Of a DNA stretch of 32,000 bases, positions 1-7,810 are shown one piece after another. The DNA is taken from contig NC_000964.3 in NCBI RefSeq assembly GCF_000009045.1, positions 450,001 to 482,000 on the forward strand, given 5' to 3'. Positions within the stretch are counted from its first letter, which is position 1; every line of letters starts with the position of its first letter. The notes under the pieces are model-generated. The model did no database searches. It saw only the letters and a list, made by a program, of their open reading frames with translations, and was not told where the DNA came from. This stretch comes from Bacillus subtilis subsp. subtilis str. 168. GTDB lineage: Bacteria > Bacillota > Bacilli > Bacillales > Bacillaceae. The position numbers were made by a program, and so were the translations under genes.

Positions 1-2
1 GG

Positions 3-1160
3 GTGATTGTAGGATCGGATATTCCAATGTTTTTAGGCGCAATGATTATGGGTCCGCTTGGCGGATACCTCATTAAACAGACTGATAAATTATTCAAGGA
101 TAAAGTCAAGCAAGGCTTTGAAATGCTGATCAACAACTTTACGGCAGGGATTGTCGGCGCGGCTTTAACGATTCTCGCGTTTTACGCCATCGGCCCGGTT
201 GTCTTGACGCTAAATAAATTGCTGGCGGCTGGTGTGGAAGTCATTGTACACGCTAATTTACTGCCGGTAGCCAGTGTTTTTGTAGAACCGGCGAAAGTGT
301 TGTTCCTTAACAACGCCATAAACCATGGAATCTTAAGCCCGATCGGAATCGAGCAAGCATCTCAAACAGGAAAATCAATTCTGTTTTTAGTAGAAGCAAA
401 CCCTGGACCGGGGCTCGGCATTTTGCTGGCCTACATGTTCTTTGGCAAAGGATCTTCAAAATCAACGGCTCCCGGTGCGGCGATCATCCATTTCTTCGGA
501 GGGATTCACGAGATTTACTTCCCGTACATTCTGATGAAACCGGCCCTGATTCTCGCAGCCATTGCCGGCGGAGCAAGCGGACTCTTAACATTTACGATCT
601 TTAATGCCGGACTTGTCGCGGCAGCGTCACCGGGAAGCATTATCGCATTGATGGCAATGACGCCAAGAGGAGGCTATTTCGGCGTATTGGCGGGTGTATT
701 GGTCGCTGCAGCTGTATCGTTCATCGTTTCAGCAGTGATCCTGAAATCCTCTAAAGCTAGTGAAGAAGACCTGGCTGCCGCAACAGAAAAAATGCAGTCC
801 ATGAAGGGGAAGAAAAGCCAAGCAGCAGCTGCTTTAGAGGCGGAACAAGCCAAAGCAGAAGAAGCGTCTGAGCTGTCTCCTGAAAGCGTGAACAAAATTA
901 TCTTTGCGTGTGATGCGGGAATGGGATCAAGTGCCATGGGGGCATCCATCTTAAGAAACAAAGTGAAAAAAGCGGAGCTTGACATCAGTGTGACCAACAC
1001 GGCCATTAACAATCTGCCAAGCGATGCGGATATTGTCATCACCCACAAAGATTTAACAGACCGCGCGAAAGCAAAGCTGCCGAACGCGACGCACATATCA
1101 GTGGATAACTTCTTAAACAGCCCGAAATACGACGAGCTGATTGAAAAGCTGAAAAAGTAA
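3..1160 (+). CDS. mtlA: PTS mannitol-specific enzyme IICB (3' part, truncated by window start)
   Basis: IIC membrane segments followed by a linker and a IIB domain with the phosphocysteine motif IIFACDAGMGSSAMGAS; immediately followed by mtlF and mtlD. Confidence 0.97.
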   Translation: MIVGSDIPMFLGAMIMGPLGGYLIKQTDKLFKDKVKQGFEMLINNFTAGIVGAALTILAFYAIGPVVLTLNKLLAAGVEVIVHANLLPVASVFVEPAKVLFLNNAINHGILSPIGIEQASQTGKSILFLVEANPGPGLGILLAYMFFGKGSSKSTAPGAAIIHFFGGIHEIYFPYILMKPALILAAIAGGASGLLTFTIFNAGLVAAASPGSIIALMAMTPRGGYFGVLAGVLVAAAVSFIVSAVILKSSKASEEDLAAATEKMQSMKGKKSQAAAALEAEQAKAEEASELSPESVNKIIFACDAGMGSSAMGASILRNKVKKAELDISVTNTAINNLPSDADIVITHKDLTDRAKAKLPNATHISVDNFLNSPKYDELIEKLKK

Positions 1161-1184
1161 TCTTATAGAAAGAGAGTGATTGTC

Positions 1185-1616
1185 ATGCAAGTACTCGCAA
1201 AGGAAAACATTAAACTCAATCAAACGGTATCATCAAAAGAAGAGGCTATCAAATTGGCAGGCCAGACGCTGATTGACAACGGCTACGTGACAGAGGATTA
1301 CATTAGCAAAATGTTTGAACGTGAAGAAACGTCTTCTACGTTTATGGGGAATTTCATTGCCATTCCACACGGCACAGAAGAAGCGAAAAGCGAGGTGCTT
1401 CACTCAGGAATTTCAATCATACAGATTCCAGAGGGCGTTGAGTACGGAGAAGGCAACACGGCAAAAGTGGTATTCGGCATTGCGGGTAAAAATAATGAGC
1501 ATTTAGACATTTTGTCTAACATCGCCATTATCTGTTCAGAAGAAGAAAACATTGAACGCCTGATCTCCGCTAAAAGCGAAGAAGATTTGATCGCCATTTT
1601 CAACGAGGTGAACTGA
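1185..1616 (+). CDS. mtlF: PTS mannitol-specific enzyme IIA component (143 aa; ORF track extends to a GTG at 1176)
   Basis: IIA-Mtl motif GNFIAIPHGTEEAK with the active-site His; ATG 1185 follows an AGAAAGAGAG-type ribosome-binding region. Confidence 0.96.
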   Translation: MQVLAKENIKLNQTVSSKEEAIKLAGQTLIDNGYVTEDYISKMFEREETSSTFMGNFIAIPHGTEEAKSEVLHSGISIIQIPEGVEYGEGNTAKVVFGIAGKNNEHLDILSNIAIICSEEENIERLISAKSEEDLIAIFNEVN

Positions 1617-1617
1617 C

Positions 1618-2739
1618 ATGATCGCCTTACATTTCGGTGCGGGAAATATCGGGAGAGGATTTATCGGCGCGCTGCTTCACCACTCCGGCTATGATGTGGT
1701 GTTTGCGGATGTGAACGAAACGATGGTCAGCCTCCTCAATGAAAAAAAAGAATACACAGTGGAACTGGCGGAAGAGGGACGTTCATCGGAGATCATTGGC
1801 CCGGTGAGCGCTATTAACAGCGGCAGTCAGACCGAGGAGCTGTACCGGCTGATGAATGAGGCGGCGCTCATCACAACAGCTGTCGGCCCGAATGTGCTGA
1901 AGCTGATTGCCCCGTCTATCGCAGAAGGTTTAAGACGAAGAAATACTGCAAACACACTGAATATCATTGCCTGCGAAAATATGATTGGCGGAAGCAGCTT
2001 CTTAAAGAAAGAAATATACAGCCATTTAACGGAAGCAGAGCAGAAATCCGTCAGTGAAACGGTAGGTTTTCCGAATTCTGCCGTTGACCGGATCGTCCCG
2101 ATTCAGCATCATGAAGACCCGCTGAAAGTATCGGTTGAACCATTTTTCGAATGGGTCATTGATGAATCAGGCTTTAAAGGGAAAACACCAGTCATAAACG
2201 GCGCACTGTTTGTTGATGATTTAACGCCGTACATCGAACGGAAGCTGTTTACGGTCAATACCGGACACGCGGTCACAGCGTATGTCGGCTATCAGCGCGG
2301 ACTCAAAACGGTCAAAGAAGCAATTGATCATCCGGAAATCCGCCGTGTTGTTCATTCGGCGCTGCTTGAAACTGGTGACTATCTCGTCAAATCGTATGGC
2401 TTTAAGCAAACTGAACACGAACAATATATCAAAAAAATCATCGGTCGCTTTGAAAATCCTTTCATTTCGGACGATGTGACCCGCGTAGCGAGGTCACCTC
2501 TCAGAAAACTGGGAGAAAATGATAGACTTGTAGGCCCGGCAAAGAAAATAAAAGAACCGAATGCACTGGCTGAAGGAATTGCCGCAGCACTGCGCTTCGA
2601 TTTCACCGGTGACCCTGAAGCGGTTGAACTGCAAGCGCTGATCGAAGAAAAAGGATACAGCGGCGTACTTCAAGAGGTGTGCGGCATTCAGTCCCATGAA
2701 CCGTTGCACGCCATCATTTTAAAGAAACTTAATCAATAA
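1618..2739 (+). CDS. mtlD: Mannitol-1-phosphate 5-dehydrogenase
   Basis: N-terminal MIALHFGAGNIGRGFIG Rossmann motif; IQHHEDPLKVSVEPFFEW; third gene of the mtl operon. Confidence 0.97.
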   Translation: MIALHFGAGNIGRGFIGALLHHSGYDVVFADVNETMVSLLNEKKEYTVELAEEGRSSEIIGPVSAINSGSQTEELYRLMNEAALITTAVGPNVLKLIAPSIAEGLRRRNTANTLNIIACENMIGGSSFLKKEIYSHLTEAEQKSVSETVGFPNSAVDRIVPIQHHEDPLKVSVEPFFEWVIDESGFKGKTPVINGALFVDDLTPYIERKLFTVNTGHAVTAYVGYQRGLKTVKEAIDHPEIRRVVHSALLETGDYLVKSYGFKQTEHEQYIKKIIGRFENPFISDDVTRVARSPLRKLGENDRLVGPAKKIKEPNALAEGIAAALRFDFTGDPEAVELQALIEEKGYSGVLQEVCGIQSHEPLHAIILKKLNQ

Positions 2740-2746
2740 CCGACCA

Positions 2747-2776
2747 CCCGTGACACAATGTCACGGGCTTTTTTTA
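2747..2776 (+). terminator. Intrinsic terminator of the mtlAFD operon
   Basis: cccgtgaca-caa-tgtcacggg stem followed by cttttttta. Confidence 0.9.
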
Positions 2777-2792
2777 CTATCTCGCAATCTAG

Positions 2793-2812
2793 TATAATAG
2801 AAAGCGCTTACG
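2793..2812 (+). promoter_or_regulatory. Candidate -10 (TATAAT 2793-2798) and overlapping cre-like site (2799-2812, AGAAAGCGCTTACG) upstream of ycsA
   Basis: AAGCGCTT palindromic core, 12/14 match to the cre consensus TGWAANCGNTNWCA; no good -35 seen. Confidence 0.4.
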
Positions 2813-2829
2813 ATAACAGGGGAAGGAGA

Positions 2830-3894
2830 ATGACGATGAAACAATTTGAGATTGCGGCAATACCGGGAGACGGAGTAGGAAAAGAGGTTGTAGCGGCTGC
2901 TGAGAAAGTGCTTCATACAGCGGCTGAGGTACACGGAGGTTTGTCATTCTCATTCACAGCTTTTCCATGGAGCTGTGATTATTACTTGGAGCACGGCAAA
3001 ATGATGCCCGAAGATGGAATACATACGCTTACTCAATTTGAAGCAGTTTTTTTGGGAGCTGTCGGAAATCCGAAGCTGGTTCCCGATCATATATCGTTAT
3101 GGGGGCTGCTGCTGAAAATCCGGAGGGAGCTTGAGCTTTCCATTAATATGAGACCCGCCAAACAAATGGCAGGCATTACGTCGCCGCTTCTGCATCCAAA
3201 TGATTTTGACTTCGTGGTGATTCGCGAGAACAGTGAAGGTGAATACAGTGAAGTTGGCGGGCGCATTCACAGAGGCGATGATGAAATCGCCATCCAGAAT
3301 GCCGTGTTTACGAGAAAAGCGACAGAACGTGTCATGCGCTTTGCCTTCGAATTGGCGAAAAAACGGCGCAGCCATGTGACAAGCGCCACAAAGTCTAACG
3401 GCATTTATCACGCGATGCCGTTTTGGGATGAAGTCTTTCAGCAGACAGCCGCTGATTATAGCGGAATCGAAACATCATCTCAGCATATTGATGCGCTGGC
3501 CGCTTTTTTTGTGACGCGTCCGGAAACGTTTGATGTCATTGTGGCGAGCAACTTGTTCGGTGATATTTTAACCGACATCAGCTCAAGCCTGATGGGAAGC
3601 ATCGGCATTGCGCCTTCTGCGAACATCAATCCATCCGGCAAATATCCGTCCATGTTTGAACCGGTTCACGGCTCAGCTCCTGACATTGCCGGACAGGGCC
3701 TTGCCAATCCGATCGGCCAGATTTGGACAGCGAAGCTGATGCTCGACCACTTCGGAGAGGAAGAATTGGGGGCGAAAATTCTGGATGTAATGGAGCAAGT
3801 GACTGCCGACGGCATCAAAACACGCGACATTGGGGGACAAAGCACAACGGCTGAGGTCACTGATGAAATCTGTTCGCGCTTAAGAAAGCTCTGA
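2830..3894 (+). CDS. ycsA: Isocitrate/isopropylmalate dehydrogenase family; tartrate dehydrogenase / D-malate dehydrogenase-like
   Basis: IAAIPGDGVGKEV; ENSEGEYSEVGG; ASNLFGDILTDISSSLMGSIGIAPSANINP. Start is ATG 2830 or ATG 2836 (AAGGAG at 2823-2828 fits 2836 better); the track start at 2758 lies inside the mtl terminator. Confidence 0.9.
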   Translation: MTMKQFEIAAIPGDGVGKEVVAAAEKVLHTAAEVHGGLSFSFTAFPWSCDYYLEHGKMMPEDGIHTLTQFEAVFLGAVGNPKLVPDHISLWGLLLKIRRELELSINMRPAKQMAGITSPLLHPNDFDFVVIRENSEGEYSEVGGRIHRGDDEIAIQNAVFTRKATERVMRFAFELAKKRRSHVTSATKSNGIYHAMPFWDEVFQQTAADYSGIETSSQHIDALAAFFVTRPETFDVIVASNLFGDILTDISSSLMGSIGIAPSANINPSGKYPSMFEPVHGSAPDIAGQGLANPIGQIWTAKLMLDHFGEEELGAKILDVMEQVTADGIKTRDIGGQSTTAEVTDEICSRLRKL

Positions 3895-3899
3895 TGAAT

Positions 3900-3930
3900 C
3901 AGGCCGGTGGCAGATGGCTGCCCCGGCCTG
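3900..3930 (+). terminator. GC-rich hairpin after ycsA; terminator candidate with a weak U-tract
   Basis: caggccgg-t-ggcag-atgg-ctgcc-ccggcctg, followed by tccatttcctt. Confidence 0.5.
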
Positions 3931-4028
3931 TCCATTTCCTTACGAAAATTTCCACGAAAGTCTAACCAAGCAGATCCAAATGCTGTATAATAATTTGGAA
4001 TTCTTAGGAAAGCATCGGGTGAAGGAAG

Positions 4029-4592
4029 TTGAATGCAAAAACAATCACGTTAAAGAAAAAAAGAAAAATCAAAACGATCGTTGTACTCAGTATCATTATG
4101 ATCGCAGCTCTCATTTTTACGATCAGATTGGTGTTTTACAAGCCTTTTCTTATTGAAGGATCATCAATGGCCCCAACGCTTAAAGACTCAGAAAGAATTC
4201 TGGTTGATAAAGCAGTCAAATGGACTGGCGGGTTTCACAGAGGAGACATCATAGTCATTCATGACAAAAAGAGCGGCCGCTCATTTGTCAAACGTTTAAT
4301 CGGTTTGCCTGGTGACAGCATTAAAATGAAAAATGATCAGCTATACATAAATGATAAAAAGGTGGAAGAACCATACTTAAAGGAATATAAACAGGAGGTC
4401 AAAGAGTCGGGTGTAACCTTAACAGGTGACTTCGAAGTTGAGGTTCCTTCCGGTAAATATTTTGTGATGGGAGATAACCGTCTCAATTCACTGGATAGCA
4501 GAAACGGAATGGGCATGCCTTCTGAGGACGATATCATCGGTACTGAATCTCTCGTCTTTTATCCATTCGGTGAGATGAGACAGGCAAAATAA
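4029..4592 (+). CDS. sipU: Type I signal peptidase
   Basis: Single N-terminal TM segment; catalytic motifs EGSSMAPTLKDSERILVDK, SFVKRLIGLPGD, VMGDNRLNSLDSR. Confidence 0.95.
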   Translation: MNAKTITLKKKRKIKTIVVLSIIMIAALIFTIRLVFYKPFLIEGSSMAPTLKDSERILVDKAVKWTGGFHRGDIIVIHDKKSGRSFVKRLIGLPGDSIKMKNDQLYINDKKVEEPYLKEYKQEVKESGVTLTGDFEVEVPSGKYFVMGDNRLNSLDSRNGMGMPSEDDIIGTESLVFYPFGEMRQAK

Positions 4593-4651
4593 AATGCAAT
4601 GCAAAAAGAACATGGAACATGACGGCACCGATAATAAAGCGCCGTGCACGT

Positions 4652-5260
4652 TTAAAAAAATGATGATGAAACGGTGCGGAGCCGGCTTTCCGCCCCGTTT
4701 TTTATGATAGAAAGCGTTTTGAAGAAAAGGGCCCTGTTGAAATAAACAGAATCAGGATTGGCGAAGCCGTGAAGCGCATCGAATTGGTAAATCTCAAGAT
4801 GGGTATGCTGTTTTTCCCGCAGTTTTTTGATAAGAAGCGCTACGTCAAACGACGGCTCATAATTAGGGAAAAACAATAGGACCGGGCAGGCTGGCATGTG
4901 ATGAAGAGAGTCGCGTATCCGGGAACCGTAATAACAAACCGATCCGCTCACCTCAGGCATACTGCTGCATTTCCATGCGATAGTAGCCCCCACGCTGAAT
5001 CCAATCACAAAGATGTGCCGTCCGGCGTTTTGCCTGATCACATTCTGGATGATGGTTTCTCCCGTTTTCAGCCTTTCGTGTTTTGTAAATTGTTCGTATG
5101 CCGTTTTTTCTTCTTTCAGTGTGTAGACTTCATCCTCGCCGAGCAGGTTGGGCGTCAACACATCATATCCAGCCATTTTGATCAGCCGGCCCATCTTTTT
5201 CATATGGCTGTTTACACCATATATTTCGTGTGCGAGAATGACAAGCGGTTTTGGGAACAT
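4652..5260 (-). CDS. Alpha/beta hydrolase, dienelactone-hydrolase-like
   Basis: MFPKPLVILAHEIYGVNSHMK start; nucleophile elbow GFSVGATIAW; LHGFANPDSVYF. A perfect AGGAGG precedes ATG at 5260; the track extends to 5287. Confidence 0.85.
   Translation of the reverse strand: MFPKPLVILAHEIYGVNSHMKKMGRLIKMAGYDVLTPNLLGEDEVYTLKEEKTAYEQFTKHERLKTGETIIQNVIRQNAGRHIFVIGFSVGATIAWKCSSMPEVSGSVCYYGSRIRDSLHHMPACPVLLFFPNYEPSFDVALLIKKLREKQHTHLEIYQFDALHGFANPDSVYFNRALFFKTLSIIKNGAESRLRTVSSSFF
4669..4703 (+). terminator. Intrinsic terminator downstream of sipU, overlapping the 3' end of the opposing CDS
   Basis: aaacggtgcgga-gccggctt-tccgccccgttt followed by a T run. Confidence 0.75.
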
Positions 5261-5345
5261 AACGGCCTCCTTTTGTGTTTTTTCCATTATATCCTATCGT
5301 TTCACTTTAGGCTGAGATATAATGGTCAAAAAAAGGAGATATAAA

Positions 5346-5738
5346 ATGAACTCATTATCTTTGCCTCACCGCTATCCATTTTTGTTTATTGATGGCGTGA
5401 CGGATAGCGAGCCCGGCAAACATGCGGCAGCTTATAAGCTGATTAGTGAGAACGACTGGTTTATCACTGATACGCAAACAGAAATGCCGTTTTCACTTGT
5501 GATTGAAGCGCTTGCGCAAACCGCGGCTTTTACAGGAATTACAGATGAGAACAGCTTGGGATTATTGTCTTCGGTGAAGAAAGCGGAAAAGCTGGGAGAA
5601 GCTGTGCCTGGTGACCGGCTTGATCTTACGTTTGAAGTCACGCGCAATCGGCGCGGGTTTGTGTTCGGACATGCCAAGGCATCAGTTGGAGAGCAGCCTG
5701 TTGCTGAAGCTGAAATCGGCATCTATATTGAAAAATGA
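5346..5738 (+). CDS. ycsD: FabZ/hotdog-fold 3-hydroxyacyl-ACP dehydratase-like protein
   Basis: LPHRYPFLFIDGV and ALAQTAAF; ATG 5346 preceded by AAGGAG. Confidence 0.85.
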   Translation: MNSLSLPHRYPFLFIDGVTDSEPGKHAAAYKLISENDWFITDTQTEMPFSLVIEALAQTAAFTGITDENSLGLLSSVKKAEKLGEAVPGDRLDLTFEVTRNRRGFVFGHAKASVGEQPVAEAEIGIYIEK

Positions 5739-5742
5739 AAAA

Positions 5743-5776
5743 AACCCTTCACAACATTTTGTGAGGGGTTCTATTT
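5743..5776. terminator. Bidirectional intrinsic terminator between ycsD and the opposing small ORF
   Basis: aacccttcacaa-catt-ttgtgaggggtt with T-rich tracts readable on both strands. Confidence 0.8.
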
Positions 5777-5935
5777 TGTGTCGTAATCCCGTTCGCTTTG
5801 AGAGTTATCTCTTTGCTGGCGTTTGTGTTTTTCATCATTCATATTTTCCTTCAGCTCTTCATTAGGAATCGGATCGGTTAAGTCGTTGTGCTCGGGGTTT
5901 TCATTTGGTTTGTTTTGCTGTTTTTTTTCTGTCAT
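5771..5935 (-). CDS. Small hydrophilic protein, 54 aa (MTEKKQQNKPNENPEHNDLTDPIPNEELKENMNDEKHKRQQRDNSQSERDYDTK)
   Basis: Translated by hand; GTGAGGTGATC ribosome-binding region upstream of ATG 5935; absent from the supplied ORF track (under 60 codons). Confidence 0.7.
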   Translation of the reverse strand: MTEKKQQNKPNENPEHNDLTDPIPNEELKENMNDEKHKRQQRDNSQSERDYDTK

Positions 5936-6067
5936 GTTTGATCACCTCACCGTTTGTTTTCCTCTTATTCATTCTCCTCAAACATAGGAAATCGCTTTTT
6001 TGTCCCGCTGGGTATAATGTATTAGAATAGAGAGAAGCACAACAAAAAGATAAAGAGAGGTACATAT

Positions 6068-6817
6068 ATGTCTGTTCAAAGAGAAGATGTAGATATCAAG
6101 CTGATCGCAATTGATATGGATGGTACACTGCTGAACGACGAGCAGCTGATCTCGGATGAAAACCGCAAAGCCATTCGTGAAGCGGAGGATAAAGGTGTGT
6201 ATGTGGTGATCAGCACGGGCCGGACGCTGATGACGTGCAGGGAGCTGGCGGAATCGCTAAAGCTGTCATCCTTTCTAATCACGGCAAACGGCAGTGAAAT
6301 TTGGGATTCGAATTTTAATTTGGTGGAACGGAAGCTGCTTCATACGGACCATATTCAAATGATGTGGGATTTGCGGAATAAGCACAACACTAATTTCTGG
6401 GCTTCTACGGTGAATAAAGTATGGAGAGGCGAGTTTCCGGAAAACATTACGGATCATGAATGGCTCAAATTCGGCTTTGACATCGAGGATGACGATATCC
6501 GAAACGAAGTGCTTGAGGAGCTGAGAAAAAACAAAGAGCTCGAAATCACAAATTCAAGTCCGACAAACATTGAAGTCAACGCGCTTGGCATCAACAAAGC
6601 TGCAGCCCTTGCCAAGGTTACGGAAAAACTCGGCTTTACAATGGAGAATGTGATGGCGATGGGCGACAGCCTTAATGACATTGCGATGATCAAAGAAGCG
6701 GGTCTTGGCGTCGCAATGGGCAATGCGCAAGACATCGTAAAAGAAACGGCTGATTATATCACGGATACAAATATTGAGGATGGTGTCGCTAAAGCGATTC
6801 GCCATTGGGTACTATAA
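6068..6817 (+). CDS. ycsE: HAD-superfamily (Cof-type) phosphatase
   Basis: DMDGTLLND; STGRTLMTC; MGDSLNDIAMIKEAGLGVAMGNA. Confidence 0.93.
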   Translation: MSVQREDVDIKLIAIDMDGTLLNDEQLISDENRKAIREAEDKGVYVVISTGRTLMTCRELAESLKLSSFLITANGSEIWDSNFNLVERKLLHTDHIQMMWDLRNKHNTNFWASTVNKVWRGEFPENITDHEWLKFGFDIEDDDIRNEVLEELRKNKELEITNSSPTNIEVNALGINKAAALAKVTEKLGFTMENVMAMGDSLNDIAMIKEAGLGVAMGNAQDIVKETADYITDTNIEDGVAKAIRHWVL

Positions 6818-6819
6818 AA

Positions 6820-6851
6820 AAAGAGAGTCCTAAGATGGACTCTCTTTTTTA
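6820..6851 (+). terminator. Intrinsic terminator of ycsE
   Basis: aagagagtcc-taagat-ggactctctttttt. Confidence 0.9.
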
Positions 6852-6877
6852 GTTTGGCAGGTTTTATTCTGGGACCA

Positions 6878-6894
6878 TGGTAGGTTTTCTGACA
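6878..6894 (+). promoter_or_regulatory. TnrA-box-like site upstream of the ycsF operon
   Basis: TGGTAGGTTTTCTGACA against TGTNANAWWWTMTNACA: two mismatches; centred about 53 nt upstream of the predicted start site. Confidence 0.5.
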
Positions 6895-6903
6895 AAAGTA
6901 TTT

Positions 6904-6932
6904 CACAAACTGATATGATTCACTTATAATGA
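6904..6932 (+). promoter_or_regulatory. SigA-type promoter of the ycsF-kipR operon
   Basis: TTCACA (6904-6909), 17-nt spacer, TATAAT (6927-6932). Confidence 0.75.
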
Positions 6933-6946
6933 AATAAAGTTCAAAA

Positions 6947-6972
6947 ATTCGGAATAGTCGTTCCGAATTTCG
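6947..6972. promoter_or_regulatory. Perfect 10-bp-arm inverted repeat, candidate repressor operator (KipR?)
   Basis: AAATTCGGAA-TAGTCG-TTCCGAATTT, just downstream of the predicted start site. Confidence 0.55.
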
Positions 6973-7022
6973 GGACAATAAATGACATAAAGCATATCGT
7001 TTGCTTTGGCAGGAGGGATTCT

Positions 7023-7796
7023 GTGTTTCAGATTGATTTAAACTGTGATTTAGGAGAAAGCTTCGGAGCCTACAAGATAGGCCTTGACCAAGATATTTTA
7101 GAGTATGTGACATCAGCGAATATCGCATGCGGATTTCATGCAGGAGATCCTAGTGTTATGCGAAAAACCGTCGCGCTTGCAGCAGAAAGAGGCGTGAAAA
7201 TGGGTGCGCATCCGGGCTTGCCGGATTTACTCGGTTTTGGGCGCCGCAATATGGCGATTTCTCCTGAGGAAGCGTATGATCTTGTCGTTTATCAAATTGG
7301 CGCGCTCTCTGGCTTTCTAAAAGCAGAGGGACTTCACATGCAGCACGTCAAGCCGCATGGCGCTTTATACAATATGGCGGCAGTCGATCAAAAACTGTCG
7401 GATGCTATCGCGAAAGCTGTCTATAAGGTTGATCCCGGCCTGATTCTTTTCGGTCTTGCTGAGAGCGAGCTTGTAAAAGCGGGAGAACGGATCGGACTTC
7501 AGACCGCAAATGAAGTGTTCGCCGACAGAACATACCAATCGGACGGCACGCTGACACCGCGCTCCCAGCCGGACGCACTCATTGAAAGTGATGATGCCGC
7601 CGTCACCCAGGTCATCAAAATGGTGAAAGAAGGGGCGGTCAAATCTCAGCAAGGACATGATGTGTCATTAAAAGCAGATACAGTCTGCATTCATGGAGAT
7701 GGAGCCCATGCGCTGACATTTGCGCAAAAAATCAGAAAACAGCTCAAAGCGGCTGGAATTGAAGTGACAGCTATTTCAGAACAGAGGTCAACATAA
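7023..7796 (+). CDS. pxpA (ycsF): LamB/YcsF family protein, 5-oxoprolinase subunit A
   Basis: [16 protein letters not shown]; [11 protein letters not shown]; VKPHGALYN; GTG start preceded by AGGAGG. Confidence 0.95.
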   Translation: MFQIDLNCDLGESFGAYKIGLDQDILEYVTSANIACGFHAGDPSVMRKTVALAAERGVKMGAHPGLPDLLGFGRRNMAISPEEAYDLVVYQIGALSGFLKAEGLHMQHVKPHGALYNMAAVDQKLSDAIAKAVYKVDPGLILFGLAESELVKAGERIGLQTANEVFADRTYQSDGTLTPRSQPDALIESDDAAVTQVIKMVKEGAVKSQQGHDVSLKADTVCIHGDGAHALTFAQKIRKQLKAAGIEVTAISEQRST

Positions 7797-7810
7797 AGGA
7801 GGAACAATAG

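Noticed and set aside
3097-3411. 104-aa minus-strand ORF in ycsA
   Set aside because: Fully antisense to conserved dehydrogenase motifs.
3914-4156. 80-aa plus-strand ORF between ycsA and sipU
   Set aside because: Runs out of frame into the sipU coding region, has no convincing ribosome-binding site, and begins in the GC-rich hairpin.
4898-5344. 148-aa plus-strand ORF
   Set aside because: Antisense to the alpha/beta hydrolase, which has catalytic motifs and a perfect ribosome-binding site; the translated antisense product is Cys/His/Phe-rich and has no recognisable motif.
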